From Minisyncoccota bacterium (GTDB lineage: Bacteria; Patescibacteriota; Minisyncoccia; Phycocordibacterales; UBA1006): 64,000 nucleotides of DNA. Of the stretch, positions 49,527-59,651 are shown one piece after another. A program made the translations under genes and the position numbers. Where the stretch lies: contig DASWYC010000002.1 of the NCBI GenBank assembly GCA_036405175.1, positions 403,714 to 467,713 of the forward strand. Direction: 5' to 3'. Position 1 is the first letter of the stretch; each line of letters starts with the position of its first letter. The notes below the pieces were generated by a model. The model searched no databases. It was not told the origin of the DNA and worked only from the letters and a program-made list of their open reading frames with translations.

Positions 49527-51062
49527 CTATTCTACAGTAAGCGATTGCCCAGTCATTACGGCTGGTTTTTCTAATCCAAGCAATTTAAGAATGGTTGGTG
49601 CAAGCCATCCAATGTCTCCTCCATCTTTTAAAGTAAGTCCTTCTTTGGTGACAATGCACGGTACTTGATTAATAGTATGCGCCGTATGTTTATTGCCTTC
49701 TTCATCAATATTCATTTCTGCATTTCCATGATCCGCAGTAACAATAGCAATACCATCGCTTGATTCAATATACTCAATTAAGCGCCCTAATTCTCTATCA
49801 ACTGCTTCTGCAGCCGCAACAATAGCTGGTATATTTCCCGTGTGACCTACTACGTCTGCGTTAGGAAAATTCACCACCAAGAAATTAACTCCATTTCCTA
49901 ACTGTTCAATACACGCATCGACGATCTCTTTTGCCATCATTTCTGGCGCCTCATCATGCGTTTTGATATCAGTACGGCTTTCAATCTTTACATGATGTTC
50001 ATTTTCTTGGATCATGTCACGCTGTCCATTCATAAAGAATGTAACGTGCGGAAACTTTTCCGATTCAGAAATATGAGCCTGAGAAAGCCCGGCTTGTGCA
50101 ATTTCTTGCGCTAAGGTTGTCTCAATGTTAATTGGTGGAAATGCAACAAATGTATCAAATTCATCAGCATATTGAGTCATCGTAACAATCAGAAGATTAA
50201 ATTCTTCACGTTTTTTCAAGAACTCTCCTACAATTTGACGCATTCTATCGGCTCGGAAATTTAAGCAAATAATTGCATCATTTTCATTAATTAAATACTT
50301 TTTACCAAGTGCGTGCTGAATTTGGTAGTGCTCCATGTATTCGTCTACCTTTCCTGTTGGATCCTCATCATACTGAGCATCCATGATATTTGCAACTATT
50401 TGCGTATCACTGATATCATAAGCTTTCCCTTCTCCTTTAAACATAATATTAAGAACACCCTCAATACGATCCATATTTCCTGCACGATCCATGCCATAGT
50501 AACGTCCACCAACCGATGCAATTACTCCAACACCCGCTTTTGTAATTTCTGCTTCAAGATTCTGCAAATATCCTTTTGCAGTTTTTGGTAACGTATCGCG
50601 ACCATCGGTAAATACATGAAGAATTACTTGCTCTTTAGTGAGTCCAGCATCTTTACAAAGTTTTAAAAATGCAAATAAGTGATCTTGATGTGAGTGCACG
50701 CCGCCGTCAGACAACAGCGTAATTAAGTGAATCTGAGAATTAAATTGCTTAACATGACTGAGTGCAGTAATAAATGCCTCATTCTCAAAGAACTCACCGT
50801 TATCAATAGCTTTTTTGATTTGCACCAAGTCGGTATCAAATGCTTTTCCGGCACCAATTACCGTATGACCAATTTCACTATTCCCCATCTGCCCGTCCGG
50901 CAACCCCACATGGAGTCCTGACGCATGCAACAGTGTATGAGGATACTGCTTCCACAGACGATCAAAATTTGGCGTATGGGCAGTTGCTAAGGCATTATTG
51001 GTTGGGTCTTCACGGTGTCCCCAGCCATCAAGGATAATAAGAGCAGCTTGGTTGGTTTTCAT
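49527..51062 (-). CDS. gpmI: 2,3-bisphosphoglycerate-independent phosphoglycerate mutase
   Basis: 'ALIILDGWGHRED' N-terminus, 'ADHGNAE', 511 aa. Confidence 0.92.
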   Translation of the reverse strand: MKTNQAALIILDGWGHREDPTNNALATAHTPNFDRLWKQYPHTLLHASGLHVGLPDGQMGNSEIGHTVIGAGKAFDTDLVQIKKAIDNGEFFENEAFITALSHVKQFNSQIHLITLLSDGGVHSHQDHLFAFLKLCKDAGLTKEQVILHVFTDGRDTLPKTAKGYLQNLEAEITKAGVGVIASVGGRYYGMDRAGNMDRIEGVLNIMFKGEGKAYDISDTQIVANIMDAQYDEDPTGKVDEYMEHYQIQHALGKKYLINENDAIICLNFRADRMRQIVGEFLKKREEFNLLIVTMTQYADEFDTFVAFPPINIETTLAQEIAQAGLSQAHISESEKFPHVTFFMNGQRDMIQENEHHVKIESRTDIKTHDEAPEMMAKEIVDACIEQLGNGVNFLVVNFPNADVVGHTGNIPAIVAAAEAVDRELGRLIEYIESSDGIAIVTADHGNAEMNIDEEGNKHTAHTINQVPCIVTKEGLTLKDGGDIGWLAPTILKLLGLEKPAVMTGQSLTVE

Positions 51063-51190
51063 AGGATTTTATTGTACACGATTGAGGATGAATAAGAAAT
51101 CTTTAAAATTAGGGAGTTTTGTTGACAAGCACAACGATACATAATACTGTGAAATAAATTTCTATTTTCAAATTAAAAATCTCATTATAT

Positions 51191-51748
51191 ATGGCGACCC
51201 AATCTATTAAAACAGAATTTACTCGGAGTGTTCCGATACTGCTTTCTAATGATTATTTATCAATTAAAGAACTTGAGAAGTTCTTCACCGATGGAAAGAT
51301 AGTCTGGGTTCACTCAGGACTAAGATTATTATTGGAAATTCTTTTTAAGAAAGAATACCCCCTGCCTTCTCATCTGAATAATGAATCGCGCCACTGGCAT
51401 ACTAATAATAGCCGTGCTCCCGATCGCTTGATATATCCACAAATCGGTGAAGTATCTTACGACGTATTTCAAGAGTATGGATGGCGAGAACTTATGACAA
51501 GATTATTTTTTCTGAGGCAAGCCATCGAGAAACAAATCAATGGAAATCCAGGAGAGCTTCTTGTTAATAAGCAAGGCAATATTACTCAACATAACATTAT
51601 TCTGAGGATTAAACTCAACAGAGGTCAGCCTCTTACATTAGAGGTCCGCTGGAGTACCGAAGAAAAAAAGTGGCTCTTATACAGCTGGCTCCCTCGTATA
51701 TGGGAAGCTGAAACTCAAATTCTTTCTTCTCATGTTGATCTTAGATAA
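51191..51748 (+). CDS. Hypothetical protein (185 aa)
   Basis: ORF between gpmI and eno on the opposite strand. No recognisable domain. Confidence 0.5.
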   Translation: MATQSIKTEFTRSVPILLSNDYLSIKELEKFFTDGKIVWVHSGLRLLLEILFKKEYPLPSHLNNESRHWHTNNSRAPDRLIYPQIGEVSYDVFQEYGWRELMTRLFFLRQAIEKQINGNPGELLVNKQGNITQHNIILRIKLNRGQPLTLEVRWSTEEKKWLLYSWLPRIWEAETQILSSHVDLR

Positions 51749-51843
51749 AGTTGACGCTCTTATTTTTTACAATAGCCTTGCAATTTTTGTGGGGCTATTT
51801 ACTATCAAAAAAACCATCTTTCGATGGTCTTTTTGTTTTCAAA

Positions 51844-53127
51844 TTATTTGAATGGATTTTCAAACACAGCCGCACTGCCAAGTTGTTCTTCAATACGGAG
51901 CAACTCGTTGTATTTTGCAACACGATCAGTTCGTGAGAGTGATCCAGTTTTAATCTGCCCTGCTCCCAATCCTACTGCTAAGTGTGCAATAGTCGTGTCT
52001 TCAGTTTCTCCACTTCTGTGTGAGATGATTGCGGTAAATCCAGCATCGTACGCCATCATAACCGCATCAATAGTTTCTGAGATGGTTCCAATTTGATTAA
52101 TCTTAACTAAGATTGAGTTTCCTGCCTTTTCAGCAATTCCACGCGCAAGACGTTCAGTGTTGGTAACAAAGAGATCATCTCCCACCAATTGCATCTTTCC
52201 GCCCATTTGCTCGGTCATCTGTACATACCCTGCCCAATCATCTTCTGATAATCCGTCTTCAATAGACACAATTGGATAATGATTTGCCCAATCAGCATAG
52301 TATGCAACCATTTCTTCGGTAGAAAGTTTTTTATCATCGCGTTCAAGGTTATAAATTCCATCTGCATACAATTCTGTTGCCGCAACATCAAGTGCAAATG
52401 CAATATCTTTTCCAACAGTGTATCCTGCTGCGGTAATTGCTTCACTCACAAGCTCAAGTGCTTCTTCATTACGCTTTACCTGTACCGCATATCCTCCTTC
52501 ATCTCCAACAGAAGTTGAGAACCCCTTTGCGCTCAAAACTTTTTTAAGAGCGTGGAATACTTCTGCTCCCATTTGGATTGCCTTACTGAAGGTTGATGCG
52601 CCGATTGGCACAATCATAAATTCCTGCATATCAGTAGACATGGTTGCATGCTTTCCTCCGTTCAATACATTCATGAGCGGCATTGGCAATTTCATGCCAA
52701 CTTGCTTTGGCGCAAGAGCATTAAAGTATGAGTAGAGGGTAACTCCTTCACACACTGCTGCAGCATGAGAAAATGCAGCAGAAACTCCTAAGATTGCGTT
52801 TGCTCCCAAGTTTGATTTTGTTGCAGTTCCATCAAGAGCAATGAGCGCCTCATCAAGAGAACGCTGGTCAAATGCTTTTCCAATAACAGCGTTCTTGATG
52901 GTAGACTTTACGTTTTCTACGGCTTTCTGCACGCCTTTTCCAAGATAGCGAGATTTGTCGCCATCACGGAGCTCAAGTGCTTCATGACTTCCAGTTGATG
53001 CTCCACTTGGGACAGCAGCGCGGCCAAATGAGCCATTTTCAAGGGTAATATCCACCTCAACGGTTGGATTTCCGCGTGAGTCCAAGATCTCACGTGCGGT
53101 AATGTTTGAGATTGTATGTTGCTTCAT
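51844..53127 (-). CDS. eno: Enolase
   Basis: '[18 protein letters not shown]', '[10 protein letters not shown]', '[15 protein letters not shown]'. Confidence 0.95.
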   Translation of the reverse strand: MKQHTISNITAREILDSRGNPTVEVDITLENGSFGRAAVPSGASTGSHEALELRDGDKSRYLGKGVQKAVENVKSTIKNAVIGKAFDQRSLDEALIALDGTATKSNLGANAILGVSAAFSHAAAVCEGVTLYSYFNALAPKQVGMKLPMPLMNVLNGGKHATMSTDMQEFMIVPIGASTFSKAIQMGAEVFHALKKVLSAKGFSTSVGDEGGYAVQVKRNEEALELVSEAITAAGYTVGKDIAFALDVAATELYADGIYNLERDDKKLSTEEMVAYYADWANHYPIVSIEDGLSEDDWAGYVQMTEQMGGKMQLVGDDLFVTNTERLARGIAEKAGNSILVKINQIGTISETIDAVMMAYDAGFTAIISHRSGETEDTTIAHLAVGLGAGQIKTGSLSRTDRVAKYNELLRIEEQLGSAAVFENPFK

Positions 53128-53172
53128 AGGAGACTAGTATACACTACCTAGCTTAAAAATTGGAGTCTTTTA

Positions 53173-53448
53173 TTAGGAGTTTTTTGTTGGCGAATTTTTG
53201 TCTTTTGTAGTACCCCAGCGCCACTCTGGCTTTCCACCAGTTTTATACGCAATAGTAATGAGCGTAGTGGTAAGAATTATTACTGGCAAGATAAAAAGTA
53301 TGCCGAGCTCTTTTTGCTCTTGAGGATTAACCGCAAGCCCTAGTCCAATAATAAGAATCAAATAAATGGAAACCGTCAGCCATCCTTCCCATGATGCAGG
53401 CTTCCATCCATACCCATACTCTTTAAGTTTGAACCATTTCTTTTTCAT
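53173..53448 (-). CDS. Small two-TM membrane protein (91 aa)
   Basis: Two hydrophobic helices, Trp-rich N-terminus. Confidence 0.5.
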   Translation of the reverse strand: MKKKWFKLKEYGYGWKPASWEGWLTVSIYLILIIGLGLAVNPQEQKELGILFILPVIILTTTLITIAYKTGGKPEWRWGTTKDKNSPTKNS

Positions 53449-53450
53449 AG

Positions 53451-54293
53451 TTACATTGTATCAATAATTGCAACAATTGCCTTGTGGTCAGAAACTTCTT
53501 CAACTAATGCGACTTGGCGCACTTTGTAATTAGGTGTTGTAAACAGACCGTCTACCACCACTTCAATCCCCTTTGCGGTGTGATACGTTGGATCAAGTGT
53601 TGAAGTAACTTCTAATGGAATATTATCGTGCAACTTTTGTGAAAGTTGTGAAAAAATTTCTCCACCACGCGGCGCATTAAAATCTCCGCAGAAAATATAC
53701 TCGTCTAACTTTTTAAGATGATTCATCATGGTTACCAGATCTGTGCGCTGTGCTTCATCTGGCTCCCCTTTTGGTGTCCAGGTAAAGTGTGTAGTAGCAA
53801 TGGTGAACTTTTTAGCATCAACTTCAACATCCGCATGGATCACCACCCTACCTTCCGTCGTTCCGCGCCCGTGTGAATTATGTATATGTAGCTCATTCTC
53901 AAAAAGCGGTAAATAATAAAAAGTTTCGGAATTAGAAAGAGGAGTTTTAGATAATATAGCAATACCTGTGTTTCCCATGATGTATTCATCTGAATTTATG
54001 GATCCCGTAGCAACACCGTCCGCAATACTGTAATGATTCTCTCTGATTCGCTCATCGCTTGGCAATGCGTATGCAATTTGTGACATAGGTGCAAATAAAA
54101 CATGCGGGTATCCTAGAACTTGTTGGAGATATGAAATATCTGATTCAAAGACCTCTTGCAAGCAAAGAACATCTGCGGATTCATTTTTTAAGAATGGAAT
54201 GTTCCGTTCAAAGTGCTTATTTAATTCAATATTAAGAGAAATCAACTTGAGCATATTAGTCAAAAGTCTAGCATCGTTCTCTATAACTGTCAT
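53451..54293 (-). CDS. Endonuclease/exonuclease/phosphatase (EEP) family protein
   Basis: 'VLCLQEV', 'GIAILSK', 'TTHFTW', 'CGDFNA', 'SDHKAIVAII' catalytic motifs. Confidence 0.8.
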   Translation of the reverse strand: MTVIENDARLLTNMLKLISLNIELNKHFERNIPFLKNESADVLCLQEVFESDISYLQQVLGYPHVLFAPMSQIAYALPSDERIRENHYSIADGVATGSINSDEYIMGNTGIAILSKTPLSNSETFYYLPLFENELHIHNSHGRGTTEGRVVIHADVEVDAKKFTIATTHFTWTPKGEPDEAQRTDLVTMMNHLKKLDEYIFCGDFNAPRGGEIFSQLSQKLHDNIPLEVTSTLDPTYHTAKGIEVVVDGLFTTPNYKVRQVALVEEVSDHKAIVAIIDTM

Positions 54294-54362
54294 TTTGTAC
54301 TAGATTTTAAGCACCATTTTGAGCTTTGAAAAAAGGCTTTTTTACCGTATACTAAAACCCTT

Positions 54363-54449
54363 GGAGAGTTGGCCGAGTGGTCGAAGGCACCTCACTGCTA
54401 ACGAGACGAACCTTAACCGGTTCCGAGGGTTCGAATCCCTCACTCTCCG
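54363..54449 (+). tRNA. tRNA-Ser (anticodon GCU), class II with a long variable arm
   Basis: Acceptor GGAGAGT/ACTCTCC, D-arm GCCGAGTGGTCGAAGGC, anticodon loop CTGCTAA, long variable arm, T-arm GGGTTCGAATCCC. Close match from memory to E. coli tRNA-Ser. CCA is not encoded. Candidate promoter TTGAAA-16-TATACT lies just upstream. Confidence 0.8.
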
Positions 54450-54537
54450 CATCTAATAGCTAGCACCAATCCCATACAAGAAATGCTTTTTAAGCCTGGA
54501 TAGGGTGGTAATTCTTTGAAACTGATATACTGAATGC

Positions 54538-55092
54538 ATGTTATATCTTATAGGTGGAGCACCTCGTTCTGGAAAATCACTGTTGGCCCAACGATTGCTC
54601 AAAGAAAAACAGGTTTCTTATTTCCCTACGGATGCCCTGATTGGCACCCTGACATTTGCTGCTCCTGAATTTAATATCAATCATGATCTTTCTTTTAAAG
54701 AAAAATCAGAAAAAGTATGGCGATTCACTGAACATCTCTTTAATCATTTTCTTCACGAAGAAGAGTCATATACTGTTGAAGGTGATTGTTTATTACCTTC
54801 GCAGATTAGCGATTTTAAAAATAAACATAATAAAGAGATTCGATGCTGCTTTATCGGATACACCTCATTATTACCACAAGAAAAGCTGAAATACGTGAGA
54901 GATTTTAACAGAGGCGAAACTGATTGGACCAATGAACAGACGGATGACATCCTCCTTGAGATGATTGAACGAATGATTGAATATAGTAAATTCCTCAAAG
55001 AAGAATGTGTTAAATATAATATTGAATTTTTTGATATATCAGATGATTTTATAGTAACCCAGCAAAAAGCATTTCAGTATTTAACATCGTAG
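54538..55092 (+). CDS. P-loop small-molecule kinase-like protein (chloramphenicol-phosphotransferase/zeta-toxin-like fold)
   Basis: Walker A 'LIGGAPRSGKSLLAQRL' at the extreme N-terminus. Size (184 aa) and layout resemble CPT-type kinases. Confidence 0.6.
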   Translation: MLYLIGGAPRSGKSLLAQRLLKEKQVSYFPTDALIGTLTFAAPEFNINHDLSFKEKSEKVWRFTEHLFNHFLHEEESYTVEGDCLLPSQISDFKNKHNKEIRCCFIGYTSLLPQEKLKYVRDFNRGETDWTNEQTDDILLEMIERMIEYSKFLKEECVKYNIEFFDISDDFIVTQQKAFQYLTS

Positions 55093-55170
55093 TCAAATGC
55101 TATGTACGCATCATTTCAAAATAAAAATATACGATCAATCGTGTATTTTTAGTATAGAAATATTTTTAAT

Positions 55171-55578
55171 TTACGCTTGAGGGATTTTTGTAGCATCCAT
55201 ATAGAAAATTTCCCAGGTATATCCATCAAAATCTTCGATGGTTCGCTGTTGCATAAATCCGTAGTCTCTCATTTCATTTGGCTCTGTCCCACCCGCATTC
55301 AATCCGTTCATCATGATGCGGTTAACCTCATCAACACTCTCAACTGACAGTGAATAAAGGGCTGCAATATTCGTTATGGTATGTGCAATAGGCTTATTGG
55401 TGAATGTCTGAAATTTTTCACGAGTCATGATCATTACAAAAATCTCTTCACTCCACACCATGCACTTTGCGGTATCATCTGAAAATTGAGGATTGTTTGA
55501 GAACCCTAACGCAGTATAAAAATCCATAGATTTTTGGAGATCCTGCACTGCAAGGTTAATGAAAATTTGTTTTGCCAT
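55171..55578 (-). CDS. VOC-family protein (glyoxalase/bleomycin-resistance fold)
   Basis: 135 aa with paired beta-alpha-beta-beta-beta modules, 'FYTALGF' and 'GYTWEIFYMD'. Confidence 0.7.
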   Translation of the reverse strand: MAKQIFINLAVQDLQKSMDFYTALGFSNNPQFSDDTAKCMVWSEEIFVMIMTREKFQTFTNKPIAHTITNIAALYSLSVESVDEVNRIMMNGLNAGGTEPNEMRDYGFMQQRTIEDFDGYTWEIFYMDATKIPQA

Positions 55579-55590
55579 ATATAAATCTAA

Positions 55591-56025
55591 TTACTGCTGT
55601 TGATAATTTGCATCAAAATCAACCATCCATTCAATACCGTACTTGTCTCTGAACATTCCAAAGTATGAACCCCATGGACTATTATCCATAGGAACTTCAA
55701 CGGTTCCACCCGCTGAAAGTCCGTTAAAGATCCTGTCAGCTTCTTCTTTGCTTTCGCAGTTTACTGAAATCTTGCTTCTGTTTTCGTTTTCATTCGTGCG
55801 ACCCATAAACTCCGGCACGTCATTTCCCATCAAAATATTTTTTCCAATAGGTAGTGAAATATGCATGATTTTATCCATCTCATGTTCTGCTGGAGTGAAT
55901 CCAGGATTTGCAAGGTCTTTGAAACGACTCACGTTTGAGAACTCTCCACCAAACACTGATTTATAAAAAGTAAATGCTTCTTCCGCATTGCCATTAAAGT
56001 TAATATATGGATTGATTGTTGCCAT
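55591..56025 (-). CDS. VOC-family protein (PhnB/YjdN-like)
   Basis: 'INFNGNAEEAFTFYKSVFGGE', 'GGTVEVPMDNSPWGSYFGMFRDKYGIEWMV'. Confidence 0.7.
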   Translation of the reverse strand: MATINPYINFNGNAEEAFTFYKSVFGGEFSNVSRFKDLANPGFTPAEHEMDKIMHISLPIGKNILMGNDVPEFMGRTNENENRSKISVNCESKEEADRIFNGLSAGGTVEVPMDNSPWGSYFGMFRDKYGIEWMVDFDANYQQQ

Positions 56026-56083
56026 ACTATATATGATTAGCTTACGTTTAATATCGTGATTGTATCACTCTTATAAGAATATT

Positions 56084-56815
56084 CTAATTACCACTTTTTT
56101 CATACTGTTCCACCAGTTTGGCAAACTTTTCAACTTCTTCAATAAAGTTCTTTTGACGATCATTAGCTACTTCTTTGATATTTTCTGCAATCTGATAAAG
56201 TCCTTCAAATGTATCAGAAATAATACCAATCTCTTTTACTGGAATATCATATCTATCTTTAAGATATCTATATTCCCTTCTAAGACCTTCGAGTGGATTC
56301 TCATCGTGGCGAACAAGTTTTTTAATTGCACCAAATAAGAACCCCGAACAAAAATCAATATTATACTCTTTAGTAAGTACTGCATCTTGCGGATTTAATC
56401 CTAGAGTTCCCATTTGCATCAAACTGTCATTGCCAAACAAGTTCTTGCTTTCATTGGTAATAAATGATGACGATTCTGGGCATAGATAAAAATCAACACT
56501 TAAAAGTCGATCTTCAGTTCTATATATCACCGCAGAAAAGATTCCGTTAATGGGAGCATTTTGATGGGGTTCAATCACCCTCAGAATATTTCCAACTTTT
56601 TCAAACAGCTCAATCCTCTTTTCCATTACTGAAACAAATTCCTCATCTTTAAAAGTAATCCAAATATCAAGATCGCTATAGGGATCCGGATTTCCTCGTG
56701 CCACTGATCCAAGAATATGTGCTTCTGCGGCGATAGGTTCAAATGTTTCTTTTATTAAAGCCAGGACTCTTTCTCGATCGTGATTCAAGGCTTCCCAAAA
56801 TTCAGCTGGCTTCAT
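56084..56815 (-). CDS. Nucleotidyltransferase of the kanamycin nucleotidyltransferase (ANT(4')) type
   Basis: 'AHILGSVARGNPDPYSDLDIWITFKDEEF' closely parallels the KNTase active-site segment 'GVYGSLGRQTDGPYSDIEMMCVMSTEE' (from memory). A helical C-terminal domain follows. Confidence 0.75.
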   Translation of the reverse strand: MKPAEFWEALNHDRERVLALIKETFEPIAAEAHILGSVARGNPDPYSDLDIWITFKDEEFVSVMEKRIELFEKVGNILRVIEPHQNAPINGIFSAVIYRTEDRLLSVDFYLCPESSSFITNESKNLFGNDSLMQMGTLGLNPQDAVLTKEYNIDFCSGFLFGAIKKLVRHDENPLEGLRREYRYLKDRYDIPVKEIGIISDTFEGLYQIAENIKEVANDRQKNFIEEVEKFAKLVEQYEKSGN

Positions 56816-56915
56816 AATTAGTATCTTACCAGAAAAGTATTCTGTTATATAAATCTCGCCCCCCTACAGATTATTAGAATAGAAAAACACCCTATGATCA
56901 TGCTACACTTTTCTT

Positions 56916-57794
56916 ATGAAAAAATATTTTTTGCTCCCCATTGTACTCATAAGCTTTGCTTTTGGATTCACATTTTATCAATCAGTAGTGGCTGCCGAGA
57001 TTCAACCAACAACTATTAAAATCTATCCGCCAAAAACTGATGTTCAATTTAAGAGTTCTTTATTTGGAATTTCATTTAAGCATGCTGGGAATTATCTTAG
57101 TTCAACCGAGCATTCAAAACAGCAACGCGCTGCGCTTTGCAAACTAACACCAACTATCACCCTTAAACAATGCGAAGAGGCGCATCTTAAAACTCTTATT
57201 GATCAGCTTGATCCGTTCTGTAAAGGAGAATTAGACTACGCCCAATGTATAAATATCTACAAAGAATCAGCTGGCTTTATTCCCGCAACACAAGAAGAAG
57301 ATCGCATAAAGTTTTATCTCAACCAAGAAAATTTTAACGAAAAGATAGACACATACATAGCCCTTGAGCTTCTTACGATAAATGAGCCCATTATAACTGG
57401 ATACTACGGTCATAATAATTGGTGCGAGTTTAAAGCAAACGGAGAAAGAATTGTGAAGGTATGTACCCAGGAAGTTGAAGGATCAAGTCCTATCATAAAA
57501 ACAATAACTGCAAAACTTATTAAGAAAAATAAATACGGAGTTTCATTTTATAAAATCCCACAGCAAAGCTCGTCAGATCCTTCAATATACTGTGGTCTTT
57601 CTCCTAAGAATTTCATAGTTTGTTTTGATGTTGAGCTCAATAACTTTACCGAAGAAGAAATTAATTCTAAAGATGCTGTTTGGTTTACCAAACAGCGAGA
57701 TATTCGTAGCGATGCATTGCTTAAGTCGATAATTGATTCCTTCAGATTTGACAATCCTAAACAAGGAAAAGCGTATTTGGAGAGCCTTAAGTAA
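56916..57794 (+). CDS. Secreted hypothetical protein (292 aa), Cys-containing
   Basis: Signal peptide 'MKKYFLLPIVLISFAFGFTFYQSVVAAE'. Confidence 0.6.
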   Translation: MKKYFLLPIVLISFAFGFTFYQSVVAAEIQPTTIKIYPPKTDVQFKSSLFGISFKHAGNYLSSTEHSKQQRAALCKLTPTITLKQCEEAHLKTLIDQLDPFCKGELDYAQCINIYKESAGFIPATQEEDRIKFYLNQENFNEKIDTYIALELLTINEPIITGYYGHNNWCEFKANGERIVKVCTQEVEGSSPIIKTITAKLIKKNKYGVSFYKIPQQSSSDPSIYCGLSPKNFIVCFDVELNNFTEEEINSKDAVWFTKQRDIRSDALLKSIIDSFRFDNPKQGKAYLESLK

Positions 57795-57845
57795 AGCTTA
57801 AAAACTCTTTTAAAATAGTAATTTAATGCTATACTCACCACATAT

Positions 57846-58301
57846 ATGAATAAAACCCTCAAAGTAATTCTTATTGTTCTTGGTGTTATTGTTGGTATCT
57901 TTATCATTGGTATTGCATTAAGCTCTTTTGCTTCTCATAGTTCAGAAAAGCTTTCACAAAAGATTGATGTTTCTGTTGTAAGAACCGATAAGGCTGATTC
58001 TGTATCAGATGTTACCTACTCTATTACCAATACTTCAGAAAAGACTTTGAAGCTCAACAGTATTGATATTAATATGAAAGCGTTTGAGCAAGCAGAGCTT
58101 GTGAATGTTAATGAGCAGCGAACCGATGAATACACTACCTTTGGAATGAGAGCATTTGAGTTTATGAAAAAGATCGAGCCAGGCGAAACAGCAAGTATTG
58201 TATTTACGTTTAAACGAAGAACTCCTACCACTCAATTTATTGATACCGATATTTGTATGTCTCAAGGAGGTATTTGCATGGGAAGATCTTTTGATCTCTA
58301 G
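57846..58301 (+). CDS. Membrane-anchored hypothetical protein (151 aa)
   Basis: N-terminal TM 'LKVILIVLGVIVGIFIIGIAL'. Confidence 0.5.
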   Translation: MNKTLKVILIVLGVIVGIFIIGIALSSFASHSSEKLSQKIDVSVVRTDKADSVSDVTYSITNTSEKTLKLNSIDINMKAFEQAELVNVNEQRTDEYTTFGMRAFEFMKKIEPGETASIVFTFKRRTPTTQFIDTDICMSQGGICMGRSFDL

Positions 58302-58317
58302 TATTCTCTATTTTTAA

Positions 58318-59535
58318 TTACTTACTATTACGTTCTTCTTTAATGAGAAGAAGTGAAAACATCAAAACAATTACAAACACAATACCTATTACAAAATAGG
58401 CAGTTTGATATGAATAATTGGTTACGAGTGAACTCATATACAGTGCAAAGAGTCCTGTAAAAAGAGCTTGTATGAGGCGATTTACTGATAATAACATTGT
58501 CTTAGATTTTGAATTGCCTATAAAATCAAGCTGATACTGAGCTGACGCAGAACCAAGCCCGAGTCCATTAATACTTGGAATAAAAAAGAGTCCTGCAATC
58601 AACCATTTATTATTGACGAATCCGATTACTATAAAACTTAATGCATATATAATGGTCCTCATGATGAGGAACTGCCTGAATGACAGCTTTCGATAAATAT
58701 AATCATTCACGAGAAGCGTACTTGAAATGAGGAGTCTTGAGATTGACCACAATACTCCAATTGTTGAAACTGAAAATCCTGCGAGCTTTTGATACGTATT
58801 TCTATAGCCATCAGTTACTCCCAGCATTATTCCTACGATCAAGCTCATAATAAAAATATATTTAGCCCACCCTACATTCCACCATTCCTTAAGCGTATGT
58901 TTAAAATTACCTAATCCAATTTCTTTAACACGCTCTTCTTTCCCGCCAGGTTCGGTGAGTAGCAACACTGCAACAAGTCCAACGACATCAACAGCAAGCG
59001 CAATACTAAAAGCAAGCTTAAAGTTAAAATCTGAAATACTAGAAAGTATCAATACAAATATAATTGGTACCGCAAAGCCAACAGATTGTACTCGACCCAT
59101 TATTTTTGAAAACTTATTCTCGCTCTTAAGACTCTTTAATGTATCGTGCATGAAAGCAATTTCAGTACCACTTACCGCGGCAACGCCAAACGCTAAAAAG
59201 ACTGCTCCAAACACAAACCAAGTGGCACTATCGGCAAACACATAACAAGCCGTTGAAAGAACCATAAAGACTCGCGCAAATATAAGTGCATTTTTATGTC
59301 CAATCTTATCCGATAAATATCCGCTTGGTATCTCTAATAAAAATCCTGCAAATTCACCAATCATTGTTAAAAGACCAATGAGACGCTCGGTGGCTCCAGG
59401 CATGGTAAGCAGATAAATAGAAAGAAAGGTTGTATATACTCGCTTATTAGTAATAGTATGAACAGCTAATTGCCAGATGTTGTTTTCAACTTTCTTAGCG
59501 AATACATTCATAATATTTTTACGAATATGCATCAT
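58318..59535 (-). CDS. MFS transporter
   Basis: 12 predicted helices in 405 aa. Confidence 0.75.
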   Translation of the reverse strand: MMHIRKNIMNVFAKKVENNIWQLAVHTITNKRVYTTFLSIYLLTMPGATERLIGLLTMIGEFAGFLLEIPSGYLSDKIGHKNALIFARVFMVLSTACYVFADSATWFVFGAVFLAFGVAAVSGTEIAFMHDTLKSLKSENKFSKIMGRVQSVGFAVPIIFVLILSSISDFNFKLAFSIALAVDVVGLVAVLLLTEPGGKEERVKEIGLGNFKHTLKEWWNVGWAKYIFIMSLIVGIMLGVTDGYRNTYQKLAGFSVSTIGVLWSISRLLISSTLLVNDYIYRKLSFRQFLIMRTIIYALSFIVIGFVNNKWLIAGLFFIPSINGLGLGSASAQYQLDFIGNSKSKTMLLSVNRLIQALFTGLFALYMSSLVTNYSYQTAYFVIGIVFVIVLMFSLLLIKEERNSK

Positions 59536-59651
59536 TTCCTAAACTATATCATGCGCAAATCTCCCACGACTGATACTAGAATTTTCTAGGAACAACAAAA
59601 AGCAGGAAGATATAGTACCTTCCTGCTTTAAATTAATACCTCATACGGTGT

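Noticed and set aside
54450-57800. Considered calling the tRNA-Ser-adjacent region an integrated mobile element or genomic island
   Set aside because: No integrase, recombinase or transposase gene is present, and I could not find a direct repeat of the tRNA 3' end at a distal boundary. Reported only as a gene-content observation.
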